Positions 19,659-29,546 are shown, counted from the first letter of the stretch. The stretch is 64,000 bases of DNA from Bacteroidia bacterium (GCA_017995075.1 JAGOJO010000001.1:14668-78667), one strand, 5' to 3'. The notes: generated from the letters alone by a model not told the origin. Numbers and translations are program-made.

Positions 19659-20537
19659 ATGAGTACAGAAAAGCGACATATTATCGTACCGATTGACTTT
19701 AGTGAACAATCCCAAATCGCACTGAGCCAGACCTATAACCTGGCCAGAATGAGTAATGCCGACATCACCTTGCTACACGTAATTGACGAAGCTCTTTTCT
19801 CGTCCGTATTACACTTATTCACCTCTAATGAGAATCAGGAGGACCTTTTAAGAGTCGGAATTCAAACAAAATTGGAAGAACTGGCTAATGATGCAAGGGC
19901 TAAATCCGGGCTTGTTTTCAAAACACGCATTGAAAAAGGGAAAATCTACGAGGTGGTATCTGCAGTTGCACAGGAAATGAACGCTGCATTTATCGTAATG
20001 GGCACATCAGGTGAAACTACCTTAAAGAAGAAATTCATCGGGTCCAATGCCGTACGAGTGATCAGTGATGCGCCATGTCCGGTAATCACCATAAAAGGAA
20101 AGCAACATCATAGCGGATGTAATACAATTGTGCTACCTTTAGACCTGTCGAAAGAAACCAAGGAGAAAGTTGACAAGTGCATTGAAATTGCCAAGTTCTT
20201 CGGTTCAACGGTGAAAGTGATGACTGTATTGGTTACACATGACGAGTTCCTTATGAACAAGTTGGTTCGCCAGATGGAACAGGTAGTTGAAATTATTTCA
20301 AAGCATGGCATTACCTGCTCAGGTGAATTCCACAACCAAAGTGATATATCCGACGGTGTAATTGCTTACTCTGAAAAAGTGAATGCCGATCTTATCATCA
20401 TCATGACTCAAAAAGAACTGGAATGGAGACAGTTCATTATTGGAACCGAATCACAGCAAATCATCAACAGTACAGAGATTCCTGTTTGCAGCATTCGACC
20501 AATTGAAAGAAAAGATACTACAGAATACGTTGTCTAG
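19659..20537 (+). CDS. universal stress protein, tandem UspA domains (probable start MSTEKRHIIVPIDFS)
   Basis: Two Usp domains, each with the IVMGTSG/VMTQ ATP-binding glycine motif (FIVMGTSGET; PVITIKG). Confidence 0.75.
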   Translation: MSTEKRHIIVPIDFSEQSQIALSQTYNLARMSNADITLLHVIDEALFSSVLHLFTSNENQEDLLRVGIQTKLEELANDARAKSGLVFKTRIEKGKIYEVVSAVAQEMNAAFIVMGTSGETTLKKKFIGSNAVRVISDAPCPVITIKGKQHHSGCNTIVLPLDLSKETKEKVDKCIEIAKFFGSTVKVMTVLVTHDEFLMNKLVRQMEQVVEIISKHGITCSGEFHNQSDISDGVIAYSEKVNADLIIIMTQKELEWRQFIIGTESQQIINSTEIPVCSIRPIERKDTTEYVV

Positions 20538-20552
20538 ATAAACCACATAACT

Positions 20553-21431
20553 ATGCAAAAAGATTTCAATATCCGGAAAATCCTTATCCCCTTCGACTTT
20601 TCAGAAACAGCTGAACTCAGTCTGGAACATGCCGTGTTCATGGCGAAACTTCTCAAAGCGGAGATTTATTTGCTGCATATAGTTGAGACTACCACCTTCC
20701 CCAGTTCAATTTCTCATGCATTCAGCGGCTTCGAGAAAAAAGTGGAAGAAGCCTCTAACGAGAAGTTAAAAGAGCTTGCCGATAAATTGCATGTTGAACA
20801 TGGAATTCAGGTGCACATCATCACTGAAGTAGGTAAAATCTACAAGAGAATTGTTCATACAGCCAAGCAAGCGCATATCGATGTTATTGTGATGGGCACA
20901 CATGGTGCAAGCGGCAGCAGCTATATAATCGGAAGTAACACCACACGTGTAGTACAGGAAGCACCTTGTCCGGTTATCTCTGTACAAACGCATGCTAAAA
21001 AAATCGGATTCACTAAAATTGCTCTTCCGATCGACGATAGTCCTGAGTCGCGTCAGAAAGTGAATTTTGCTATGGAGTTGGCACAACATTATAACTCCAA
21101 AATTGTAGTGGTGGGTTTGATGCGTTCCGGCAATGAAGATTATCAGCGTAAGTTTAAAATTAAAATTGAGCAGGTAGAAGGCTTCCTTGCTGAACATGGT
21201 ATCGATACTGATATCGTTTACAAGCAGGGAGATGATCTCGCAAAGAACACCCTCCTTGCTGCCAACGAAATGGATGCTGACCTCGTAGTAATTATGACTG
21301 AACAGGAAGCAAGTATTACAGGTTTATTGATGGGCACATACGCCACAAAAATCATCAATGGATCCAAAATACCGGTTATGACGATCCGTCCGGCTGAAAT
21401 AGATCCGGAGCGAATCACTGTCACGTTCTAA
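20553..21431 (+). CDS. universal stress protein, tandem UspA domains
   Basis: ILIPFDFSE...LLHIVE and VIVMGTHGASG...CPVISV motifs, duplicated. Paralog of the preceding gene. Confidence 0.75.
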   Translation: MQKDFNIRKILIPFDFSETAELSLEHAVFMAKLLKAEIYLLHIVETTTFPSSISHAFSGFEKKVEEASNEKLKELADKLHVEHGIQVHIITEVGKIYKRIVHTAKQAHIDVIVMGTHGASGSSYIIGSNTTRVVQEAPCPVISVQTHAKKIGFTKIALPIDDSPESRQKVNFAMELAQHYNSKIVVVGLMRSGNEDYQRKFKIKIEQVEGFLAEHGIDTDIVYKQGDDLAKNTLLAANEMDADLVVIMTEQEASITGLLMGTYATKIINGSKIPVMTIRPAEIDPERITVTF

Positions 21432-21452
21432 GCTATCTGAAAATATTACAAA

Positions 21453-21490
21453 CATCGGCTTCCAATATGGGGCCGATGTTTTATTTTTAT
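21453..21490 (+). terminator. rho-independent terminator
   Basis: CATCGGC-ttccaatatgg-GCCGATG hairpin followed by TTTTATTTTTAT. It ends 5 nt before the recQ ATG. Confidence 0.65.
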
Positions 21491-21494
21491 AGAC

Positions 21495-23405
21495 ATGAGT
21501 TTAATTCACCAGGTTTTAACGCAGTACTGGGGCTATTCACAATTCCGGCCCTTACAGGAGGATATTATCCGTTCCATTATGGATGGGAAGGATACTCTTG
21601 CGTTGCTGCCAACCGGTGGTGGAAAATCGATGTGTTTTCAGGTTCCTGCCATGGCTCAGCCTGGATTATGTCTGGTGATCTCTCCCTTAATTGCTTTGAT
21701 GAAGGACCAGGAAGAGCAATTAAAGGAAAAGGGAATACGTGCAGTTGCGATAGTGAGTGGCATGAAGAAGTCGGAGGTGGAAATTGCATTGCAAAATTGT
21801 ATTCATGGTGATTATAAATTCTTATATGTAAGTCCGGAAAGATTAGCCTCTCCCATTTTCCTCGAAAGTCTTTCAGAGATGAAGTTGAATATGATTGCCG
21901 TTGATGAAGCGCATTGTATTTCACAATGGGGTTATGACTTTCGACCACCCTATTTAAAGATTGCGGAGATAAGAACACTATTTCCGAAAGTACCAATACT
22001 TGCCCTTACTGCATCTGCCACTCCGGAGGTCAGAGAAGACATCATGCAACGGCTGGCATTTAAAGATGGACAGGTTTACTCCAAAAGCTTTGCAAGACCC
22101 AACTTAAGTTATGTTGTCCGACCGACAGAAGATAAAATCGGACAACTACTTAAAATATTAAATACAATACCCGGCACTGGGATTGTATACGTCCGCAACC
22201 GCAGAAAAACACAAGAGATTGCACAGGAACTGAAACGAAACCGGATAGCTGCCGACTTCTACCATGCCGGCCTCGATCATCAAACACGATTTGAGCGCCA
22301 GGACCAATGGATGAAAAATAAAACGCGGGTCATTGTTGCCACCAATGCATTCGGAATGGGTATTAATAAACCGGAAGTAAGAACGGTAGTCCACCTCGAT
22401 TTACCGGATGATCTTGAAAGCTACTATCAGGAAGCAGGACGAGGAGGAAGAGATGAAAAACCCGCCTTCGCCGTTGTATTATATGACAATGCCGATCTCG
22501 CCGATTTAGAAAGCAGGTACATCACCAATTTTCCGGAAAGAGATGAAATCAGAAGAGTATATCAGGCACTCGGTAACTATTTACAAATTGCCATTGATAG
22601 TGGAAGCAATATCACTTCCGAATTTGAACTTGTAAGCTTCTGCGCTCACTATAAATTTGAGACATTAAAAACATTGAGTTGTTTGCGTCTGCTGGAGATG
22701 GCTGAATACATCACTACGAGTGACGCCATTTACCTGCCGGCCAGAATCCGAATTCCAATTAAACAAATGGAGCTGTATAAGTTTCAGGTAGAACAACCAC
22801 GATTTGACCAGCTTATCAAAACGATTCTGCGTTCATACACCGGACTCTTCGACGACTATGTACGTTTCAGCGAAAAGGAGCTCGCACGCAGAATACAAAT
22901 CGATCCTGCCGCATTAAAATCGCAACTGGATCAACTCACGAAGCTTGGAGTAATCGACTATATACCCGCCACAGACAAACCAACTCTCACCTTCATCCAG
23001 CCTCGTGTAAAAGAAAGCGATTTATATATCAGCTCAGCTATACTTGAAAAACGAAAAGAGCGATTCAAACTCCGGGCAGATGCATTCCGAAACTTTCTGA
23101 CCAATCCGCATCAATGCCGAAGCATGCTACTCCTCTCCTATTTTGGAGAAAAGAATCTCACACGATGTGGTACATGTGATTACTGCAGGGAACGAAATAA
23201 AGTTGAGCTAAACGACCTCGAAATAGAAGATTTCAGTATTCAATTAAAAAAACTTTTGAATAACAATCCACTTCCACCTTCAGAGATAGCAGGAAACTTC
23301 CCCGGAATACCCATAGAAAAACTACAGGCCACTTTGAGATGGTTAATGGACAATGGCGAATTCGCAGTTGATTTAAAAGGAAGAATGATGAGTGTAAAGG
23401 AATAA
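21495..23405 (+). CDS. recQ: RecQ family ATP-dependent DNA helicase
   Basis: YWGYSQFRPLQEDII...LALLPTGGGKSMCFQVPA (motif I), DEAH (VDEAHCISQWGYDFRP), zinc-binding Cys cluster CGTCDYC near the C-terminus. Confidence 0.85.
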   Translation: MSLIHQVLTQYWGYSQFRPLQEDIIRSIMDGKDTLALLPTGGGKSMCFQVPAMAQPGLCLVISPLIALMKDQEEQLKEKGIRAVAIVSGMKKSEVEIALQNCIHGDYKFLYVSPERLASPIFLESLSEMKLNMIAVDEAHCISQWGYDFRPPYLKIAEIRTLFPKVPILALTASATPEVREDIMQRLAFKDGQVYSKSFARPNLSYVVRPTEDKIGQLLKILNTIPGTGIVYVRNRRKTQEIAQELKRNRIAADFYHAGLDHQTRFERQDQWMKNKTRVIVATNAFGMGINKPEVRTVVHLDLPDDLESYYQEAGRGGRDEKPAFAVVLYDNADLADLESRYITNFPERDEIRRVYQALGNYLQIAIDSGSNITSEFELVSFCAHYKFETLKTLSCLRLLEMAEYITTSDAIYLPARIRIPIKQMELYKFQVEQPRFDQLIKTILRSYTGLFDDYVRFSEKELARRIQIDPAALKSQLDQLTKLGVIDYIPATDKPTLTFIQPRVKESDLYISSAILEKRKERFKLRADAFRNFLTNPHQCRSMLLLSYFGEKNLTRCGTCDYCRERNKVELNDLEIEDFSIQLKKLLNNNPLPPSEIAGNFPGIPIEKLQATLRWLMDNGEFAVDLKGRMMSVKE

Positions 23406-23406
23406 C

Positions 23407-24003
23407 ATGAAACTTGATCACACGTTCTATCAGAAAAAGGATGTGGTCAGATTGGCTAAATCCTTGATTGGAAAAGTACTTGTAAGTAATTTTAATCAAC
23501 AGTATTGCTCCGGAATAATCACAGAAACGGAAGCATACAATGGCATCCACGACAAAGCATCACATGCCTATGGGGGACGCCGCACCCGCCGGACAGAAAT
23601 TATGTATGCAGAAGGTGGAACGGCCTATGTATATCTTATTTATGGGATTCATTCACTTTTTAATGTTGTCTCCAATAAAAAGGATATCCCACATGCCATA
23701 CTGATACGCGCCATAAATCCGTTGGAAGGCATCGGGTTTATGGAAGCAAGAAGAAAAAAATCGGCAACTGCTAAAGGATTTACAACAGGGCCTGGTGTTG
23801 TTAGTGAAGCAATGGGTATCCATTTTTCCCATAGCGGAATCTCCCTCCTTGGAGATGAAATCTGGATAGAGGATCGAGGAATTCAGCTCCCGGGGACAAC
23901 GATTGAAGCTAGCCCCAGAATAGGTGTAGATTATGCCGGAGAGGATGCTCTTCTCCCCTATCGCTTCCTATTAAAAGAGGAGCCTATCCGTGGAAAGAAG
24001 TAA
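23407..24003 (+). CDS. mpg: DNA-3-methyladenine glycosylase (Mpg/AAG family)
   Basis: GIITETEAYNG..D.ASHAYGGRRTRRTEIMY...YVYLIYGIHSLFNVV matches the AAG family core. Starts 1 nt after the recQ stop. Confidence 0.8.
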   Translation: MKLDHTFYQKKDVVRLAKSLIGKVLVSNFNQQYCSGIITETEAYNGIHDKASHAYGGRRTRRTEIMYAEGGTAYVYLIYGIHSLFNVVSNKKDIPHAILIRAINPLEGIGFMEARRKKSATAKGFTTGPGVVSEAMGIHFSHSGISLLGDEIWIEDRGIQLPGTTIEASPRIGVDYAGEDALLPYRFLLKEEPIRGKK

Positions 24004-24030
24004 TTCGCTATTTTTGGAACAATTGCACCT

Positions 24031-24825
24031 ATGGAACTCTTTCATTTTGGCTTCCTCAGTATCCGACTCCTCGATCTGCTTGACATCCTGATCGTAGGAT
24101 TCCTGCTGTTTAAAATTTACCAGCTACTCAAAGGTGGTGCAGCCATGAGCATCTTTATTGGCATAATTGCCATCTACTTACTCTGGTGGCTTTTTGTTAA
24201 AATCCTCGACATGCAATTGCTGGGGGCTTTACTGGGACAATTTATGAGTGTTGGAGTATTAGCTCTGATCATTGTATTTCAGCAGGAAGTTCGGCGATTC
24301 CTCTTATTATTAGGGAGTAATAGCTTTACCGGTAAAGATAGCATCACGCGGAAAATACTACCCTGGAACTGGCAGGCTCCACGAATCACACCACCTAATA
24401 TTGCGCCGATAGTAAAAGCGTGCAGTTCAATGGCAAAAAACAAAACGGGAGCCATCATTGTACTTGGACGATCGAGCGATTTAAAATTCTACGAAAGCAC
24501 CGGAGATTTGATGGATGCCGAAGTATCGAAACGTCTGCTGGAAAGTATCTTTTTTAAGAACAGTCCACTTCATGATGGAGCTGTTATTATTGAGAACAAC
24601 AAAATCAAAGCCGCCAGATGTGTTTTACCTGTCACTGACAACACCGATTTACCTGCACATTATGGAATGCGTCATAGGGCTGCGCTTGGTATCACAGAAC
24701 AAAGTGACGCCATTTCACTGATTGTATCAGAAGAAACAGGTTTTATTTCACTCGCTATTGACGGGGCGATTCATTACAACATCACTCCCGAAGAACTGGA
24801 GAGACTACTTACCAAGGAGATGTGA
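24031..24825 (+). CDS. cdaA: diadenylate cyclase CdaA (c-di-AMP synthase)
   Basis: Three N-terminal TM helices, then a DAC domain with GAIIVL...HDGAVII...RHRAALGITEQSDAISLIVSEETG (DGA and RHR motifs). Confidence 0.85.
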   Translation: MELFHFGFLSIRLLDLLDILIVGFLLFKIYQLLKGGAAMSIFIGIIAIYLLWWLFVKILDMQLLGALLGQFMSVGVLALIIVFQQEVRRFLLLLGSNSFTGKDSITRKILPWNWQAPRITPPNIAPIVKACSSMAKNKTGAIIVLGRSSDLKFYESTGDLMDAEVSKRLLESIFFKNSPLHDGAVIIENNKIKAARCVLPVTDNTDLPAHYGMRHRAALGITEQSDAISLIVSEETGFISLAIDGAIHYNITPEELERLLTKEM

Positions 24826-24828
24826 TTT

Positions 24829-25170
24829 TTATTGGAGTACCTCATAAGTACCCCATCCCATCAGAATTGTTCCAACGATGGTAAATCCATACATGATCAC
24901 ATCAAAATTATGATTGGAGTGGAACAGAAAAACCGTACTTACAAATCCTGTAAGCAACAAAAAGCCTCCTCCAATCATCAATGATACACCTTTACTCTTC
25001 CGTTTCTTATACACAAGAAGTTTAATTCTGCAAAGTGCTTCCACCAACAACTCCTCTTTTAAACCCTCCTTTTGCAGCATCATTTGAATAGTTTTTACAG
25101 GATATCCTTCCTGATGCAATTTCAATGCACGGTTATAATAATTTTCCGGAGTATGTTCCATGGCTTTCAA
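24829..25170 (-). CDS. hypothetical small membrane protein
   Basis: 113 aa with two C-terminal TM helices. No recognisable domain. Confidence 0.35.
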   Translation of the reverse strand: MKAMEHTPENYYNRALKLHQEGYPVKTIQMMLQKEGLKEELLVEALCRIKLLVYKKRKSKGVSLMIGGGFLLLTGFVSTVFLFHSNHNFDVIMYGFTIVGTILMGWGTYEVLQ

Positions 25171-25331
25171 AGATTAGGCAGGGAAAAATACCAATTCAAT
25201 TCAGAAACAAAAAAGTGATCCATGTCACTTATTCAGCCATCTTGAAATAATCTAATTATATAGTACTCGAAGAAAACTGTCCATTTATTAGAATAATACT
25301 AAAAAAAATAATTTACTGAAGTTCCACTTTC

Positions 25332-25955
25332 TTACCCGAGGGTATAAAATTCAGGTTTTTCAATATCATGTAATCGCACTACACCAACTGCCGTTAGGTT
25401 GATCAGAATTTTTTGTGCTCTCCAACGGCTTATATTCACCAGTTTGCAATACTCTTTCATGGTGATCCTTGGATGTTGTTTAAGAAATTCCAACAGCGCT
25501 TTCTCCTTACTGGTATACTGAACAACTACAGGACGGGAAGAATGTTTATGCTTTAAGACTTCCACCATTACCTTACTAGCCAAAAGACTCTGATCCTTTT
25601 GCCTGACATACACCCATTTTTTCCCTTCTTCATCAACTGCATAATAAGGCTTCTCAAATCCTTCTGGCACTATCACTTCCAGAATCATTTTGCCTTTCAT
25701 AACCCACTCGCGAATGGTTAAATTTATCGGAGGATCACAATAAAACTCCGAAGCTTTTTCCAGCATATAATTCTCTTCGTCCGCTTTTATTCCTGCAATT
25801 GATCCATCATCATTCACCCCCACCAACAATGTACCACCGTGGTGATTTGCGAAAGAAACAATGGTTTTTGCAATACGATGTACACTGGAAATTTCCTTTT
25901 TGAAATCCAGCATATCTCCTTCACCCTGATCAATCAGAAATTGAATTCGCTTCAT
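25332..25955 (-). CDS. AlbA_2 (Schlafen-like) DNA-binding domain protein with C-terminal wHTH; putative transcriptional regulator
   Basis: MLDFKKEISS..IAKTIVSFANHHGGTLLVGVNDDGSIAGI is the AlbA_2 'divergent AAA' signature. C-terminal HTH-like region. Confidence 0.55.
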   Translation of the reverse strand: MKRIQFLIDQGEGDMLDFKKEISSVHRIAKTIVSFANHHGGTLLVGVNDDGSIAGIKADEENYMLEKASEFYCDPPINLTIREWVMKGKMILEVIVPEGFEKPYYAVDEEGKKWVYVRQKDQSLLASKVMVEVLKHKHSSRPVVVQYTSKEKALLEFLKQHPRITMKEYCKLVNISRWRAQKILINLTAVGVVRLHDIEKPEFYTLG

Positions 25956-25990
25956 AACTATAAGGCGAATATCAGAAAAATCTAACAGAA

Positions 25991-26881
25991 TTACTGTGCT
26001 ATCACAGTATCATAACTGGCGGTATAGGTGGCAAACAACCCTCTGCCTCCCACTATATTGCTTTTTATATTCGACGGTACCGCAAACGGGCTCCCCGAAC
26101 TTCCAAGCTGATTCTCCGCGTCACGCCAGAATTGATACGTCCCCTGATCAATGGTACAAAACTTCACAACAATAGTATCCCCTTTCTTATAGAAACCGGC
26201 TTCTTCATTCAGATCCTCTTCGGCTTCCGAATTTTGAATGGATCCGCGATTATAAGCAAAGTCAAAACTCTGTCCATTAATAAATTTATCTTCAAAGGAG
26301 GAACCAAATGGTGGGATATAGAAGTCATCTTCACCTAACCTTTTTGCAAACCATCTATAGTAATTCCCCAGTGAATCCGGATCACTTAAACGAGCCCATA
26401 CAAATCCAAGACTATCTTTATTCTCCTGCACTTTAAACCAGGTGCTATCCAATGGAACCGGCGGAGCAAGATATGCTGTAGATGTTACTACCTCACCATT
26501 TGGAGCCTGAACATAGAGGTGATAAGTAGTACCCGGAACTCCCAACATAGAAGGCAACAAGGTGACAGAATCCAATGCAATATAAAATCCACCTACCGAT
26601 ACTCCGTTCACTGTAGTGTCAATCTCCGTCAGCTGAATTGTATCCACACCATTACTGATTAATACCCTGGCACCTTTAAGCGGAAGGTTATTGATTGTAC
26701 TTTGTCCGATTGGATCGAAATAAGATTCAGAACGACTTAGAATTACATAAGGTGTAAATCCGTCTTCCACGTAACCTTCCACTACAATTTTAGGGTCAGC
26801 AGCTTCAAGATCGAGATCAATATTTTTCTCACAGGAACTAAGAGCGAATAACGCCGAGAAGAGAACAGCTAATTTTTTCAT
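25991..26881 (-). CDS. DUF4249-like lipoprotein, partner of the TonB-dependent receptor
   Basis: Lipoprotein signal (ALFALSSCEKN). Size and position (start overlaps the TBDT stop by ATGA) match DUF4249 proteins. Confidence 0.5.
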   Translation of the reverse strand: MKKLAVLFSALFALSSCEKNIDLDLEAADPKIVVEGYVEDGFTPYVILSRSESYFDPIGQSTINNLPLKGARVLISNGVDTIQLTEIDTTVNGVSVGGFYIALDSVTLLPSMLGVPGTTYHLYVQAPNGEVVTSTAYLAPPVPLDSTWFKVQENKDSLGFVWARLSDPDSLGNYYRWFAKRLGEDDFYIPPFGSSFEDKFINGQSFDFAYNRGSIQNSEAEEDLNEEAGFYKKGDTIVVKFCTIDQGTYQFWRDAENQLGSSGSPFAVPSNIKSNIVGGRGLFATYTASYDTVIAQ

Positions 26882-26883
26882 GA

Positions 26884-29313
26884 TCAGAATTTGAAATTAT
26901 AGGTAACAGAAGGAATGATACTGAAGAGAGATACTTGTTTCGCCTGAACCTTTTGAGTTCCATCCTGGCTATTTCCTTCTACATCAAAATAAATGAAATA
27001 AGGATTCTGTCGACCGTACATGTTGTACACAGAAAAGACCCATTCACCTTTTATTTTTCGTTGTTTTTGACTTCGCAATGTTGCTGACAAGTCTAAGCGA
27101 TGATAGGCTTTTTGACGGAAGTCATTTCGTTTATCAAATCCACTAAGTATATAGAAGTTATTATTCACATCGATATTCCCTCCCTGGTCGATACTCACAG
27201 GCGGACCTGCTGACATGAAGAATCGTTCGTTAGGTAATGTAAGGGCATCGCCTGTTGCATACACCCAGGTCATACCAAAAGTCCACTTCTTGGAATATTC
27301 ATATGTCATCACGAGAGAGACATCATGCCGGCGATCATACTTGGCAGGATAAGTTCGGCCAAGATTAACTTCCGGGAACTGACGGTTGGTAAATGAAAGG
27401 GTATAACCAATCCAACCATTCAATTTTCCTTTCGCTTTCTTCACAAAAAACTCAGCGCCATAACTCCATCCTTTACCGAACACAAAATTATTATCCGGAT
27501 TGTTACGAACGTCACCATCAGGAGTAGCCCCTTCTTCATACTCAATCTGATTTTTCATGTCCTTGTAATACACTTCCACCGAAGTTTCATACATATTGTC
27601 TTCGAAGTTCCGGAAATAACCCAACGCATACTGTACAGCATATTGTGGTTTAACTTTATCAGTACTTGGCACCCATACATCTGTTGGTAGAGATACAGAC
27701 CCAAATGAAGCGATATGAATGTATTGGTAATTCTGAGTGTAGGCTGCTTTCAAAGAAGAATTTTTGTCCAATTGATATCTTAAACTCAAACGAGGTTCAA
27801 GATTCATATAATCGGCCACTTTTTTCCCGTTTGCATAACTTATTGTATCAATAAACCGATCGTCGAAAGCAGGATCCTCTACATAGCGTGTAAATGGTCC
27901 TACATGTGCGAAATACGTCAGACGAAGACCTCCGTTCACTCTTAATTTTTCGGTGATATCCCATTCGTCATTTACATAAATCGCAGCATCATGGGCATAA
28001 AAACGTGTAACATCGCCAAGATCAAACACCACATCACCAGATCGCGCATAAGCATTTGTAGGAGTAAAACGGTGATAAATATAATTACCGCCAAACTTCA
28101 CATTGTGCAAAATATTCGGGAACCAGGTCAGATCCACTTTAGCGTTATAATCTCTGATGCCGGAGAAAATGCGAAAATCAAATTGCTGTTGCTCTGCACC
28201 GAATTCAAATTTATAATCACTAAAGATCAACGAGGTATTCATAAACAGTTTATCGGTAAACAAGTGATTCCAACGAAGTGAGGTTGTGGCATTACCCCAG
28301 GGAATTCGCACTTTAAATCCGGTATCGCTACTTTTAAAGTTGAATACATCACGACCAAAATATCCACTCAGGTACAACCGGTCTTTTTGCGAAAGGATAT
28401 AATTAATCTTTGTATTTAAATCGTAGAAATAATAGGAGTTACCGGAGATATTTGAATTCTCAGAAATAAATGGTTCTCGCAGAAAAAGGTCAATAAATGT
28501 ACGGCGGCCTGATATCACAAAAGAACTTTTATCTTTTTTGATAGGACCTTCCACTGTCAGGCGCGAAGCAATATATCCGATACCACCTTCTGCATGATAC
28601 TCTTTCATATTCCCTTCCTTCATTGAGATATCAAGAACAGAAGACAAACGGCCTCCATATTGAGCAGGCATACCACCCTTAGTCAACGTGATATTTTTTA
28701 CGGCATCCGGATTAAACACCGAAAAGAAACCAAACAAGTGAGCTGCATTATATACAACACCCTCATCCAGTAAAATCAGATTCTGATCGGGACCACCACC
28801 ACGCACATAAAACCCTGAATTTCCTTCACCGGCATCCTGCACACCGGGCAATAATTGAATTGTCTTCAGAATATCAACTTCTCCTAAAAGAGCCGGCAGA
28901 CTTTTTATTTTCTCTACTTCCAGCTCTACACGTCCCATATCAGTACTCTGTACATTTTTATCCTTCTTCTCTCCTGTAATTGTCACCTCCTTCGTCTCAA
29001 TATACGCTGGTGGCATATCCACATTTAATGTAGTATTGGAACGAAGATTCAATTTCATCACCTTCGCGCGGTAACCAACAAAATTGATGATCACGGTATA
29101 ATCGCCCTTTGGTATGGTCATAGAGAAGAAACCATAGGTATTCGCTACAGCACCTTTATCTATCTCCTTTATATAAATGGTAGCGCCCAGGAGTGATTCA
29201 CCAGAGATCGAATCCTTCACATAACCACTAACAGTTGCTTTATCAGAAGACTCTTGCGCCATACCCTGACTAAAGCAGCAGATCAGCAACAATAAACTCA
29301 GTATATTTTTCAT
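26884..29313 (-). CDS. TonB-dependent receptor with N-terminal carboxypeptidase-regulatory-like domain (probable start MKNILSLLLL)
   Basis: Signal peptide, CarbopepD_reg-like segment (GYVKDSISGESLLGATIYI...NFVGY), plug domain, beta-barrel ending with ...SIIPSVTYNFKF (terminal aromatic). Confidence 0.85.
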   Translation of the reverse strand: MKNILSLLLLICCFSQGMAQESSDKATVSGYVKDSISGESLLGATIYIKEIDKGAVANTYGFFSMTIPKGDYTVIINFVGYRAKVMKLNLRSNTTLNVDMPPAYIETKEVTITGEKKDKNVQSTDMGRVELEVEKIKSLPALLGEVDILKTIQLLPGVQDAGEGNSGFYVRGGGPDQNLILLDEGVVYNAAHLFGFFSVFNPDAVKNITLTKGGMPAQYGGRLSSVLDISMKEGNMKEYHAEGGIGYIASRLTVEGPIKKDKSSFVISGRRTFIDLFLREPFISENSNISGNSYYFYDLNTKINYILSQKDRLYLSGYFGRDVFNFKSSDTGFKVRIPWGNATTSLRWNHLFTDKLFMNTSLIFSDYKFEFGAEQQQFDFRIFSGIRDYNAKVDLTWFPNILHNVKFGGNYIYHRFTPTNAYARSGDVVFDLGDVTRFYAHDAAIYVNDEWDITEKLRVNGGLRLTYFAHVGPFTRYVEDPAFDDRFIDTISYANGKKVADYMNLEPRLSLRYQLDKNSSLKAAYTQNYQYIHIASFGSVSLPTDVWVPSTDKVKPQYAVQYALGYFRNFEDNMYETSVEVYYKDMKNQIEYEEGATPDGDVRNNPDNNFVFGKGWSYGAEFFVKKAKGKLNGWIGYTLSFTNRQFPEVNLGRTYPAKYDRRHDVSLVMTYEYSKKWTFGMTWVYATGDALTLPNERFFMSAGPPVSIDQGGNIDVNNNFYILSGFDKRNDFRQKAYHRLDLSATLRSQKQRKIKGEWVFSVYNMYGRQNPYFIYFDVEGNSQDGTQKVQAKQVSLFSIIPSVTYNFKF

Positions 29314-29472
29314 AACGGGTGCAAAGCTAGGTTGATTCAAATCAAACAACATCATCAATCTGATTAAGTTAATATAATTTATACCAAATAGCGTATTTCA
29401 CCACCTGAAACGAAAGCAAGAGCTAAAAATTTGGCAATCGATTCAAATTCCGCTAATTTTGCGCCTCCAATT

Positions 29473-29546
29473 CGGGGTGTAGCGTAGCCCGGTATCGCGC
29501 CAGCATGGGGTGCTGGAGGTCGTCAGTTCAAATCTGGCCACCCCGA
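29473..29546 (+). tRNA. tRNA-Pro (anticodon GGG)
   Basis: Manual fold: acceptor CGGGGTG/CACCCCG, D-arm, anticodon stem CCAGC/GCTGG with loop ATGGGGT (G37), 5-nt variable loop, T-arm GTCAG-TTCAAAT-CTGGC, discriminator A. 74 nt, CCA not encoded. Confidence 0.8.

Noticed and set aside
21467-21811. 114-aa + ORF and 139-aa - ORF overlapping the recQ 5' region
   Set aside because: They overlap in alternative frames a gene with unmistakable RecQ helicase motifs. No independent support.
29473-29546. tRNA-Pro as the edge of an integrated mobile element
   Set aside because: There is no integrase, recombinase or transposase and no visible direct repeat of the tRNA 3' end in the flanking 10 kb. The neighbours are ordinary chromosomal genes.
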